Shown in pieces: positions 1 to 12,300 of a stretch of DNA of 48,209 nucleotides; the first letter of the stretch is position 1, and each line of letters begins with the position of its first letter. The stretch is from NCBI GenBank assembly GCA_964200185.2, contig CAXNAD020000014.1, positions 1 through 48,209 of the forward strand, given 5' to 3'. Under the pieces are notes generated by a model that saw nothing but the letters and a program-made list of their open reading frames with translations, ran no database searches and was not told where the DNA came from. The position numbers were made by a program, and so were the translations under genes. This stretch comes from Choristocarpus tenellus KU-1152 (Eukaryota; Protista; Phaeophyceae).

Positions 1-250
1 TGTCAGGGGCAGGGAAGACTGAGGGGTGGTCGACTAGGCTTGTGACACAGCAATCTATCTCCCCCAACCTCAATATCATGGACCTGTGCTTCTTCAGGTC
101 TTTGAAATGCGGGATGATGGGGGAGTGGTTTGTGTCCGCCGAGGAAATGGTGGTGATTAATAAACACTATCAGGAGTATGATGAAACCACACTTGAGAGG
201 GCTTGGCAGCTCACGTTTGTGGTGTACAATCAAGTACTTAGATACAAAGA
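1..250 (+). mobile_element. Mariner (DD39D-like) transposase C-terminal fragment, decayed
   Basis: TQQSISPNLNIMDLCFFRSLK...YQEYDETTLERAWQLTFVVYNQVL resembles the QPxNSPDLNxLDLGFF motif and the element at 44 kb. Confidence 0.8.
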
Positions 251-415
251 TTTTGGAAAGACTTACGCATCTTCCTTCATGTGCAAGATCTGATGTTGCA
301 TATGGCGTGATGCAACTAGCTATATACATGATTGCGCCTTCCTTACAGGACATTGGGGCAGCTAAATATCTATTGAGGTATATTCAAGGGTGTGTGGATC
401 TTCCTTTTAGATACA
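250..415 (+). mobile_element. Ty1/copia reverse transcriptase C-terminal fragment
   Basis: CARSDVAYGVMQLAIYMIAPSLQDIGAAKYLLRYIQG resembles copia TRPDIAYAV..LAR.M..P......AK..LRYLKG. Confidence 0.75.
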
Positions 416-1929
416 AGTGTAAATCATTTAATTTGATCAGCAATGACTCATTTATGCAAATGGTTCTACTAGTATGAGATCAACTAGAGGGTATATATAT
501 TGAATATTTGGTGCATCAAATATATGGTCATTCAAGGACAACCCACAGTGGCAACATCCACTAAAACGGCGTAGTACATTGCTTTCGCAGCTGCTCCTGA
601 AGCTGAACATCTTGGAGAGCACAATTTCTCGTTCCACCTTTCCTGATAAATCTGGAACTATGGACCTTTTCTGGTCTGAATGTTAGTGTTGGTGTTTGAT
701 CAGTGGTATCATCAGAAAATGAAAACGCACCTAATCACTGGATCTGGAATAGTATGAATGTACATAAAACATTATTCAAAAATTACGACAAGTTCCTCCA
801 TTACACATTAACCGTGGCAGTCGATTTCGAGATTCAAGATAATAACAACAGGTCTTCAATTGTTCATTCCTTTTGTTACCATAGTTACTAAAATGCTCTT
901 GAACAGGATCACGACATTTGAATTGTGGCATGATGTGCTGTTTTGTAGGCCATACAAGCTGAGATACAATTCGTTCATGCCCTGATTTGATCTGTGTCAG
1001 AAGAGTGTGCCAAGAATCTACAAACATTTGTCAACATGTCACTGTCTCTAACCAACCTGCATCAGTTCCTGATTAGCATAAAGCGTCATTCACTTGAAGG
1101 GTCGAGCTTCCTTCTTGAAAGCAGACACCATCCCTGGGTAGTAGTTGCCTACTCATCAAGGTGTACAGGTACAGAAGCAACCAACAGTTCGATCGGTACC
1201 TCTTCAAGTGCTGACTTACCAATGCAGTCAGTACTTTCGTAAGGAGTGGGAGGTAGAGGATTCAGCAAAAGGTTTGTTTGTTGTCCTTGTGTAAGATGTA
1301 GAGTGTTACAGTACAGGGATTAGATTATTAAGCAGTTGACAAATTGTTAGAAAGATCGTACAGAGTCCTTTACTGCACTGTGCAGGACCAGATCATTAAT
1401 CAAGAAAAAGTGCAGTTTAGATAGTTGTAGTGATCGAACCCTTGTCAAGGTATAATATAGAAATTAAGAAACGAGAGTGACTTGGGTAGTCAAATGACGA
1501 GGGCACGTTAAAGTACACAGTCATGCTGTAAGCCAGACAGTTTTCAAGAAGGTATACGAGTACCCAAGGCCATGGGATTGAATACATGTGATGCATGTAG
1601 GATGAGCGCTTAATACGAGCTGTCCATCAATCCCTCACAAAGGTCCTATGCCCCATGAACACTTTGCTTTAGCCGTGTCCCAGAGAGTCCAGTGCCCCAC
1701 AACTCTATAACAGATTAGACTGATAATCTATTATAGTTATATACCCCTTTGCTTCATCTACGAGAACAGATACTATGATCAAGTGATATAGCGCTATCCA
1801 GTGAAATGATACACGAAAATTATGACCCCCCTACTTTCAGTTAACAGCATAGGACACAATAACAGAAATTATTATAGTAGAACGGAAATCTTGACAGCTC
1901 ACTCAAATTCCTTAACCATTAATTAAAAC

Positions 1930-3060
1930 AAAATAAAATGAACAAAAGTGTGCCTAGAAAGTCAGGTATGTTATGGGAAAATTGGAACTGGGGACTCTAT
2001 TAGGTCAAGTCAGAGATGTACTCTAGAAGTAAAAAGTGTGTACTCTGATTAGGACAGGTGCAAGCTGACTCCAACGATATTTTGTGATCCTTGGACGGAC
2101 ACTCCCAAGGGTAACAAGGTATATTTGGAATGGTTCAGAGGAATTAAGTTGTAACTGGGGACCCTTTAATATCAACTCTAAGATTATTTATTTTTGGAAC
2201 TTTTGACATAATCTCCTAAGGCTAACGAATGCATGCTGTAGCTGCATGATTGAGATGATAGACAAGTTTTTTTTTCCTAACTTATGACAGTCGCCCATGG
2301 TGAGTGTGAAACTTCTACACAAGGTTCACGCTAGGGGGCATGTGACAGGTTAATAGCATTAGTATTGCTTTCCGCACTTTGACTGGTGTGAGCATTAGGT
2401 ATGTGAATGGACAGCCAAAAATGGAAGGATCAAAGCCGTCTTTTAGATACAACATGAAAATTTTATTGTCCAGAGGAAATAAATTCCTCAATCCTGTCGA
2501 GCTGTTGTATGTCCATGAAGATGCAGTCTAGGAATTAACCGATAATGACATTATTTCAAAAATATTGTGAAACTGGTATCTGGATTGGATGAGAGGAGAG
2601 CAACTTCAAGAGTGAGTTGTGCTGGAACGTTCCAGCGAGGCAGATGAAACAACTTTAATATATGGCACATGTTGGTGGAGAAGTATCTGTTGCTGGATGG
2701 TAAGCAGATGCAGATAGGGATACAATTTCATCAAAGTTGAGGAGCTAGCCGACAAGAAAGAAGGAAGATTATTTAGTATTTTGGAACATGTTCTTGTTTC
2801 ACTCACCTACATGAGTCCTTGATACTTCAGTTGCCTTCAGTAGCACAAAACGAGTGCATCTCCACCAGATTAGCAGGTCTGGTTTGACTGAAGATGGTTA
2901 CTTGTGTACAAAGAGCCAAATCAATTGAGAGATAGCCAAGGTTTCATTTTAAGGATCCCAAGAAAGGGCAAAAAGACATGGTTTTGTACCATCGCAGAGA
3001 GAGCCTTGGCTTAACCATGGTGTCACTTGCGTGTTGAAATGGGAAATGTCAATTTTTCAT
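1930..3060 (+). mobile_element. Heavily decayed DNA transposon coding remnant, possibly piggyBac-like
   Basis: Scattered stop-ridden pieces (IPQ...CSLGINR..YFKNIVKL; KTWFC near the end) weakly recall piggyBac-type transposases. No intact motif. Confidence 0.22.
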
Positions 3061-4180
3061 ACACTTTTGTGAACATGAGGGTATGAAATAGAGTTTACTC
3101 CGCCGGGCAAGGCAGATGGCTTAGAATGTAAAAGGGTCATAACTTGCCTATCTCTCTTATTCTCAAAATGTGTACTGTTTTTCACGTGATGGATTTGCTC
3201 TTTCATGCCTTATTATAGAACACGAACTTTGTGCATAGAAGCAGCTCTTACGGAAGAAGTAATCTCCACTAAGCACCAAAGAACGATGTTCAAATCATTT
3301 AGCAAGCAAAAAAAAAGAACACAAAGAGAAAAATAAATAGCGCAGAAACACACACAACGCAAATAAGATAGATTTCGATATGTCGGCAAAACGTATATCC
3401 CCCCTCTCTACACACAAAGTGACACCGTAATTCATCAAAGCCCGCACGTGTGGTTGAAAATGTAACAATATTGTAATAGTCCAAAGATCGCAGCAATCAC
3501 TGGTTGAGAAAAGCAACCAGGGGTATAAAAGAAGAACTAAGGGGTGAAGAAGGAGAATAGATTGTGGAAAAGTAGTAGAACCTACCATTAAAAATAGCAT
3601 ATTAAGGAGAAAAGAAAGAAAAAAGAGGATGCAAGACAATCAGTTCAGTAAGAGACTTACTGCAACAATGAGAAAAGCACCATTCAACAGGTAGTGGTGG
3701 TGGTGGTGACTTGGGCTACTATAGGTGCTGGTTACGTATGGTAGGACAGGACATGATTGGTGGCGCGTTCCCATTTGCGGAATCCAATACCATGAGCAAG
3801 GAATTCATGATGGTATGAACGAAGGTTCAGAAAATGGACCTGGCAGAATCCGTGTCATAAAAGCACACAACAGAACCTATTATCATGATTGTATTGGAAA
3901 ATTACACATGGATATTTTTCCACTTTTTTAGTCAGAATTTGATACATGTCCTTGTAAATCAGTTGATAACTAGATAGATGGTGTGAGCCTCATAAACTAT
4001 ACCCCTCCATTCAGACCTCTTCTTTTCAGGAAATCCTGTTTAAGCGATTGAAAGTAGACCAATACACGGCTGATTCTGTAGGGCAATCAATGCCAATTCC
4101 TACTCAATTTCAACTACATTGTTAGTATGATAAGTAGTGCCATTTGTAGTGCTTTTGGTTGTAGGTCGGACTAGTCCCAA

Positions 4181-4442
4181 GATTGAAAGTATCTTAGAGG
4201 GTACGAGTTTTGCCCTGTTTGTCCGTTTGGGGCTTGGCTTCCCAAGGGTATTTAATGACATTTCCTACTTAGAAATCTTTCAGAGTAGGTAAAATATTTA
4301 TACATTATGAAATGGTGCGTCCGGAACAAGGATATTGACACTTCCTAACAAAGACAATACTAGCCAAAATTACATCAAAATAGAAATATTTGATTTTGGC
4401 CCTAAAATGGATGTGGCTCTACCCTCTAAGATAACTTGACTC
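4181..4442. mobile_element. MITE family A, copy 1
   Basis: TIRs gattgaaagtatcttagagggta / taccctctaagataacttgactc. Colinear with 35694-35937, sharing ggaacaaggatattgacacttcctaacaaa. Confidence 0.8.
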
Positions 4443-5045
4443 CCAGCCTAAAGTGAAAAGTGAATTAACACTAATATTATAAATATGAATACAAAAAGAT
4501 CACAAGATTCTAATTGTAGTATTGAGTGAAAGTAACGTAGAGGTTACGGGTTTTGCCCTGTTAAACCAAGTGACGGATGGCAGTGAACGAGGGTATCAGA
4601 CGGCATTAGCAGCTCCAATGACGAAATCTCTGATGACTTCCTGACAGTTACTCCACCACAGAAAAACCCTTAGCCTACAATGACAAAGGCTCATAAGTCT
4701 AAGCCCCTCGCATGTTCGAATATTAACCGAGGAAATGTTGCAGTAGGGGAAACGAAACGAAAAACAGTTCTAACACCACTGCTTTCAACATCTCAGAAGG
4801 TGCAGCTTCATCGGTGACTGTACCTGTCCGTGAGAGGAGCAATGTGAGTTGGAATTGTTTTCCGCAAGAGGAGGGAAAAGTAAGAAGTTCCTGAGTAAAC
4901 ACAATGACCTCTTGCATACTATCGGTTGATATTCCTCCTCTTTCCTCCAGCTATCCTTCAGGTTTCCATACACCTGTACAATACCACTGTCATTGGTACC
5001 TGTTTTTTTATTTTGATGAGTTGAACATAAATACTGTGGCATACT

Positions 5046-5300
5046 GATTCAAAGTAAACCAGAGATACCCAAATTCGGCCGTTTTGCAATCAAGTCTGTT
5101 TTCAATCTATTACAATTTGCTCATATTTCTAAGGATGAAGTTCTAAGTTTGGATTGAGAAAGTTTAATTCTCCCATGTTGGAAACCTTTCTGACACAGTA
5201 CAGAAAATATTTTTCACACATTTGAAAAAAAGTTGAATTTTGCACATGCTTGTCAGCATCCTTACAATGCAACCTGGGTACCTCTCATTTACCTTGAATC
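5046..5300. mobile_element. MITE family B, copy 1, 3-bp TSD ACT
   Basis: TIRs gattcaaagtaaaccagagataccc / gggtacctctcatttaccttgaatc, ACT on both sides. The interior matches the reverse complement of 13342-13611 (ggatgaagttctaagtt; gaattttgcac; catccttacaat). Confidence 0.8.
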
Positions 5301-6052
5301 ACTGTGTACATGTACCCTCTCCTTTCTTGTCAACACATGGGCATGGTTACCCCTCAAATATATTGGAAGTATTGCCGAAGTTCATGGTGTCGAAGTCATA
5401 CATTGTATCTAATTCTTCAGCAATAGGGTACCCAAGCATGACAGTGTTTTCTAATTTATTTCAAGAGACCAGTAACTGTGACAGGAACAGCAATGATCAC
5501 TATTGTTCACTTAGCAAAACTATAAACATGTCACGTGTGTATGCAACTCTTGTTATGCATTTAATGTTTGGGACAATAGTCACCTTCCACCAATCACTAT
5601 CACTATTTTATAGCGATGTGATTGTGTGTACTACTTCAGAGGAAACACACACGTATTACTGTTGGATGTAAGCACGCTAATAACCTCAATATACTAGCAT
5701 CGTCTGGTCAGGAGGACGAGGTTGAACCCTGTACACAAACTGATGCTGCAGATGGTGAGAAGATGAATCGCGCAAGATCTCCATACTTGTATTCACATGC
5801 ACGCGGAGCAGTCACAGAATAGCAACCAAAAAAATATTTGGATCATATTTTGTCAAAGCTCGTTAGATCTGCAACCGAAAATTACTTCATATGGTAGTAT
5901 ATACTCGTCATATTCTGACATTGCGTTGATTGTCTACAAGTTCGGATGAAAACATCTACAATGACCATCCTTATAAAATGATAAAAAAAACATCTTCACA
6001 CATCTTAACACACATACGTGCATGCAAACACTTGGGGTCATAAAAAAACTGT

Positions 6053-6328
6053 TCAACGTGTATCCACAGTCTGCTTATCAGTCTCAGTCTCCACCAGTGG
6101 TGCGTCTTTCTCGTTCTGTGGACTATAATTATTTCCTCCCCTGTCTGCAGTTGAGACTACAAACTCATCATGGGATGCATCCTCCGTTGATGCCAAGTCA
6201 CTATTGGACTCTCGAGCATTGCTAAATGCCTTCGCCAACACACCACTATTAGCAGATGAACCAGGAGCAGCAGTATACTGATTATAGTTGTTTATGCCAG
6301 CAATATCTTCCGGTGAATAATCTCCTCG
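6053..6328 (-). CDS. Probable terminal exon of EHD-like gene (RGDYSPED...TVDTR*)
   Basis: Strong pyrimidine acceptor ttctctcttcag|, phase 0 matching the 9338 donor, acidic low-complexity ORF ending in TGA. Confidence 0.65.
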   Translation of the reverse strand, partial: RGDYSPEDIAGINNYNQYTAAPGSSANSGVLAKAFSNARESNSDLASTEDASHDEFVVSTADRGGNNYSPQNEKDAPLVETETDKQTVDTR

Positions 6329-9300
6329 CTGAAGAGAGAAGCAACAAGAAAAGCTGGAAATATCAGAGAGATAGCTGTTCAAGTCGAAGGACTAGGGGTG
6401 ATTATGGTTTGAGTGGATGGATACCTTTGTACAACGTAAATGGCCAAAAAAAAATGATGTTGAGGCTATTCTATGTGTGTAGATGCTGCTTTTTGGATGA
6501 CAACCCTCTTTCTACTAAAAACATATCACCATAATTATCATTAATATTAGTATTTATTTTCTATCTTGATATAATTAGTCACAGATGCATTGCATGGGTC
6601 AACAACGTCTGAACAAGATAAAAAACAAAACTGAAACAGATGCATGAAAATAGGTCAGTTCTCATTGGACAAGAATTTGACTGTTGCGCAATGAGAATAG
6701 TTACATTAGCGAGTACTTCAAAATACAAGTCTTAAATGGAACAAACAGGGAATGCAGAAAAGGCATTTGGTGCCTTGAACATTTGAAAGGCAATAGTAAA
6801 GTTGAATGAATGACTGTCATCAGACGTAAGAGTGGGCGCAAACACCACACCGAACAAAGCGGTCTGATTGCAAAACAATCACTTCAATGCAATTTGTCTT
6901 GCGGAAAAAAGATTCCATGTGAAGGAATTATCTCATTGACATGATAACAAAGTGCAGAGAGGTATTGCATTACCACTGCGTGCTCAAAGTATCCAGTATC
7001 ATTATATCACAGTGGCCTGAACAAAACGAATTCGAGGTTTCTGGGTGGAAAGTAGAGATTTCTATCCCATTAAGTATGATTGTAGGATCAGAGGGTCACG
7101 GTGATCCAACACATCCCTACCAGTGCTCAACATTAGAGATAACTTTTACGGCTGGGCTGCTGACCGATGCAGAAAATTCTCAATGTCTTCCTCAAACTAG
7201 AAAATTGGTAGAGCTGACAGAGCAATATGTTGTTACCATACTTGACAATTCCACTTGTAACACCAAACATTTATTTCAAGGTCAAAGTGTGCCCTTCGAC
7301 TAAATCACAAAACTCAACTAACACAAGTGCTGCCACTTACTTCACAAGGCACTGAATTGGGTGAATATAGGTACGGAACAGTGTTAATAGAGCAATGTGG
7401 ATGCCCAAGCAAGGTGATGCAAAACTGTCCACTTCACCTCGCTTTCCATGCCCTGGGGGTGACTGGTTCCCCAAGGAAATTGGAGAACCTGGGCGTGGTT
7501 GATTGCTGGGACCAGTCCAACGATCACTATTCCTGACACAAGGGCCATGACCTGGAACAACAAAACAGGATATGTTAAGAGGTATGTTGTTTGTAGTCAA
7601 ACCAAGGAGTATATGATGCAAATAGTAAACATTCACAATTACAATGGACCAATAAAAAAAATGTACTCTGCAACATTGAATTGTGACCGTTCTTGTTCAA
7701 ATGACCCATCTCAAAGTGTAATAGAACTGAACTAAAACACCACCAACTTCTTGCCCAAAACAGCAAATAGGGTCGTTCTGAGCCAAAAAACTGTCATCTA
7801 CATGCCAAGAACAAATGCTGGTTGATGGAAGATACTAGGTGGATAAGTGTGGTAGGACCATTGTGGTGCATGAGGTGCAACCTCAGCACAGGGAGGAAGG
7901 TTCTGCCAATCTTTTTGGGAGATGGGTGGGGGTAGGACATTGACCAAATCTTGAAAATTCTGGTTATCATCAACTAGGAAATTGGTAGTTGTTCAAGGCA
8001 TTTGACAAAATATTTCAAAACATTTCCTAGACATATTTTACCGCTGACTGAACCACAACCCAATCTTAAGCCATTGCCTTGTACTACATAGTATTGCACT
8101 ACAAAACCCATGCGTTTCCAAGTTTTTCTCCACACATTCAAACCATTCCTGCTGGCTCATTGCCCTTCAAAATATGCAATTGGATGACTCTTTTTACACG
8201 ATACATCCCTACAATATTTGATATGGGGAGTTCGGGAAAGGGTGTGTCATATCTTCTTTTGAACATGAAAGATTAATTTACTTGATAATGAGGTATACAC
8301 TACCCATTATATATTGCAAACAAACTCAAACACACACCAAAAAAAGGATAAATTGGATTGTAAGAGTGCTCCCTCCGCCTCGATACTATGTCACCTATCA
8401 CACTATGTCACCTATCACATACATGCATAGTCAACACACAGTAGCAGTGTCAAAAAGAGGAGCGGGCAACAGGGAAGTTGTTGAGAACAAATCAACAAGA
8501 GAGTCAATAAGACCCAACTTCCTCCAGGCAACAACAACAACAAACTGATATCAATACATCTGACAACAAATGCATGGAAGAAGGCTAACTAGGGCATATG
8601 AGAAATCTCCCCTCCAAAGTCCACAAAAACCCAAACATTCTATGTACTATATGTATAAGTTAACAATAATGAAGTGATCGTATCCACACTGGACACCACA
8701 CAGTGCACATGAAGGTAACCCCAGTTTTTTTTTTTTTTTTTTATACGTGAAATGTTTCCCTTCCATAGGCGCACGAAATTTTATTTAATTTTTGTGTACA
8801 ACTTTTTCTGGAGAAATAAAAAAAAATAACGAGCAGTGAATTTCACCCTCCACATGTCGCCACCATATCGATTGTACCAAGGGCAAAGATTAGGATTAGG
8901 AAAGTTCCTAAACAAAAAAAAAATCAATATATGCGCGTGTAACAGAGGGGCATTAAAAACATTGTTCACAACAGCCTATACAAACATACAAACACACCCA
9001 CTTCTTAGGCATCCTTCAGTCCGAGCACGTGAAGGTTACAGCCCCTTTCAACCGTAACTCAACAAAGAATGAGAAGCGTCGGTCAGTAACGTTTTGCAAA
9101 CTGCAGTTAAGTGACAACATTCTACCACCAAAAACACTTTCAAGGCTGTTCTCTCGATGGTGAAGATCTACATACAAGTTGTCTGCTGTCACGACATCAC
9201 ATTTCTCAACATTCTATATGTACTGTTGTTCATGCTGCCAAAAAAAACAAGGCAATGTCTCATGTTACCATTGGTGAGCAACACAGAAAAAAATATACTA

Positions 9301-12300
9301 AAAAAAAATAGTGAGAAGAACGACCCTTGCCACTCACCAGAATTGACCACAACATCTTCCAAATGTTCATCTTCATGTTTCCATTCTTGTGATTCGTTCC
9401 CTGCCCTTGACTCCTTCCCTTTGCTCCATCCCAGCTGATGTGGTGTCTGAAAGCTTTGCCTCCTAATCTTAACCCCCTGTTACCCTCATCAAGTCCTAAT
9501 GACCCCACAGACCTGTTGGTGGTAGTCTGAGGTCGCCCCAACAAGCTCACTCCTATATCTCTCATGGATGTACCAGCCCTGGAGAAGAGCCCTTCAAGAA
9601 AAAAAAAAAATTATTAGTACAAGCCCTTAACTCTATATCCCAAAACTTCATTTTTTTTTTAGCATTGTTCTTGCTACTGCTTTGTTAGGAGCATTGACGT
9701 CAGTGCCAAGAACGGAATGATGTGGAGTCAAATCAAGCCGACATTTTTCCTTTTTTCTCCTCCATCGACTTTATAGAATATTCAAGAACATTCAAGTATA
9801 TCAACACACACACACACACACACGGGTGCATAGGAACTAACCACCGGAAAAGAACCAAATCTGTCAATTTCTTATGTCTGATTATTCCTTTGTTCAATAA
9901 CACAGCTTCTATGAGTTCACAACACCATAAAAACAAAAAACAAAAAGGACCATCGCATTAAACTTAAAACATCCCTCAAAAAACATGTAATAGTCACAGA
10001 GAGAGCACTATTGTCAGCTAAGCAATTCTACTGTAAAGTCGCACGAGACAAGGTGTACCTCACTGCAATCAAAAAGGTAAGGTGTACACCAAAAATAGCC
10101 AACCACATACTTACGAAATCCCCTGTCCCACATGCACACCTTACCCCCAGATTTGCCAGGTACATTGAGTCACTGGACTTAAGTTCAACAAATCGAAACA
10201 TCATCAGAAGTGACCATGATCTATTAGTTTCTTTCCTGAAAAAAAGAAAAAGCTTTTTACTTCTTGAAATTTATTAATATCTTTTTTTTCTTTAGAAAAA
10301 GATCTTATTGTTAATTTTAGTATCCTCTAGCTTGTAGATACTTAATTCTCTTTCTACTTTTTATATCCTTAACTGTTTCACGAAGGCGATAAATCAATCT
10401 TTTATTTTTTAGAAATATATTCATGATTAGTTTGTGGTGTTAATTTCCCAATTTTAGATTGATCTACACCATGTTTAAAAAAATAAATATAAAGGCATAT
10501 AATTAGCTGGTTATAAAGTTTAGCATGTGTATTCACCTGAAAGACCCAACGCTGTACCTACTTACTCTCGAGACCTTTCTCGATTCCTGCAAGTACTCCT
10601 CATGACCTTGATGCTTTAAAATAGACAATAAAAGACTACCGACTGGGTTACCCCTCTTCCAACTGTTGAAAAACAGTCGCAAGCAGCATTTTACTCTCTT
10701 TTCCATGTTTTTTTTTTTTCTTAAATGACGTGTACCTCGACGTGGGCCTGATGCAGTCACTTCTTCCGTCCCTGGCACAGTCAACCCTGAGAACTTGAAA
10801 ACATTCTCAGATCCACCGCCTTCATCTACAACCTGTAGGGGGTACGCAATTAGAAAAAAAAAATAACGTAGGTGTAACTGTCGTTAACGCGTAACAGAAG
10901 CCTATTTAGCAGCAGCTGTTCCTACTTTCAGAACAAATCACATTGCAAAAAAAAAAAAAGCAAGCGTACACTCGAGATGGGTACATCCAGCATTCCTTTT
11001 TATTTTATTCCAAAAAAATGCACTATCCATTCTTTTCTTTATATTTTATTTCTGGAAGCGGACAGCTCTTCTATGTGCGAAAAAGAATAAAAAAAAGAAT
11101 AAAAAAAAGACCAACACAACCTTACCGATTCGGCCATCCAGGCACATACATGTATTTTCCCAGTCGATCTAGAGCAAAATCTCTAAAAACCCAACCCTCT
11201 AGAAAAAGTAAAGGGTCAAGAAAGAATGAAATGGCGCCCCGCCTTACTTTTCTCAAACAAGCTGCTGCCTCAGGGTATTTAAAAAGTCTTGCTTTGCTTC
11301 GCTTCTCTTCCAATAATAAAAAAATATAATACCGTAACTAGTAACATATATACATATTTTTCACCTGCCTTGTTTTGAATAACTCTACATGTACCTATGG
11401 GCCCCAGAGATCCCAAGAATTTTCAATCACACCTAAAGGTATACTCTAGAGCCTGTGTTCCTCAACCTTGACAGAACGAGCTCAACACTGAGCCACAACC
11501 CTAACCCTAAGCCCTACCACCCTAGGCAAAAAAAAGCATAATAAAAACCACTCCTGCATCATATTTGTTCTTATTGTTTGCATCTATGGTTGATAGATCT
11601 ATCTACTCAATATCAGAGGAAGGGATACAGCTTGTTAGGACCCATTACACCAAAGTCCTCTCATTATAATAAAGCTAAGTTTGAATCAGCCACTTTCAAA
11701 TTGGATTGTAGGGTTGTGGTACAACAAAGTTGATCCTCAAAGCAATTGGTCCAATATGGCTCAAGCACAATCTGACACTCATTTCCATTACCAACAATAT
11801 GGCTAAAGCATCCAAGGCCTATTCCTGTTGTAAAAAAAAACACACAACCTAAATTTTAAATAAAACCAACAAGATATCTTCAGCATTTTTAAATACAAAA
11901 TATGATATTTTATTGAATGGTATCCTTTTCTACACTTTCAATCACATCATGAGGGCTCTCATACCCTATAACCCTAACCCTGTATAAAACCAGAAAAAAA
12001 AAATACAAAAAGAGCACCTTGGGAATCTCCACAGTTAAAATATCATCCAGTTGACGGAGTGAGTTTGGTCCAAGCTTGGGAAAGGTCATGAAGTCAGCGT
12101 GGCTCAGCTTGATCCTTAGTGCATCCGGATCAGGCATATCTGCATCATGCAACCCATACATCTCCTTCACCTGTATATCATCACATTAGATAGTTGGGAT
12201 CAGTCTATACGGTTAAGGTTATGGACGTTTTTTTTTTTCTGAGATGAGACTGATGAAAATATTGAGATGGGGTATCGTGTCATATAGAACAATGAACAGG

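Noticed and set aside
5699-5822. Possible plus-strand terminal exon (SSGQEDEVEP...AVTE*)
   Set aside because: No supportable upstream exons or recognisable homology. Left uncalled.
6900-7750. Decayed transposase-like coding remnant
   Set aside because: Only a faint LYFPP-like hint among many stops. The family cannot be supported.
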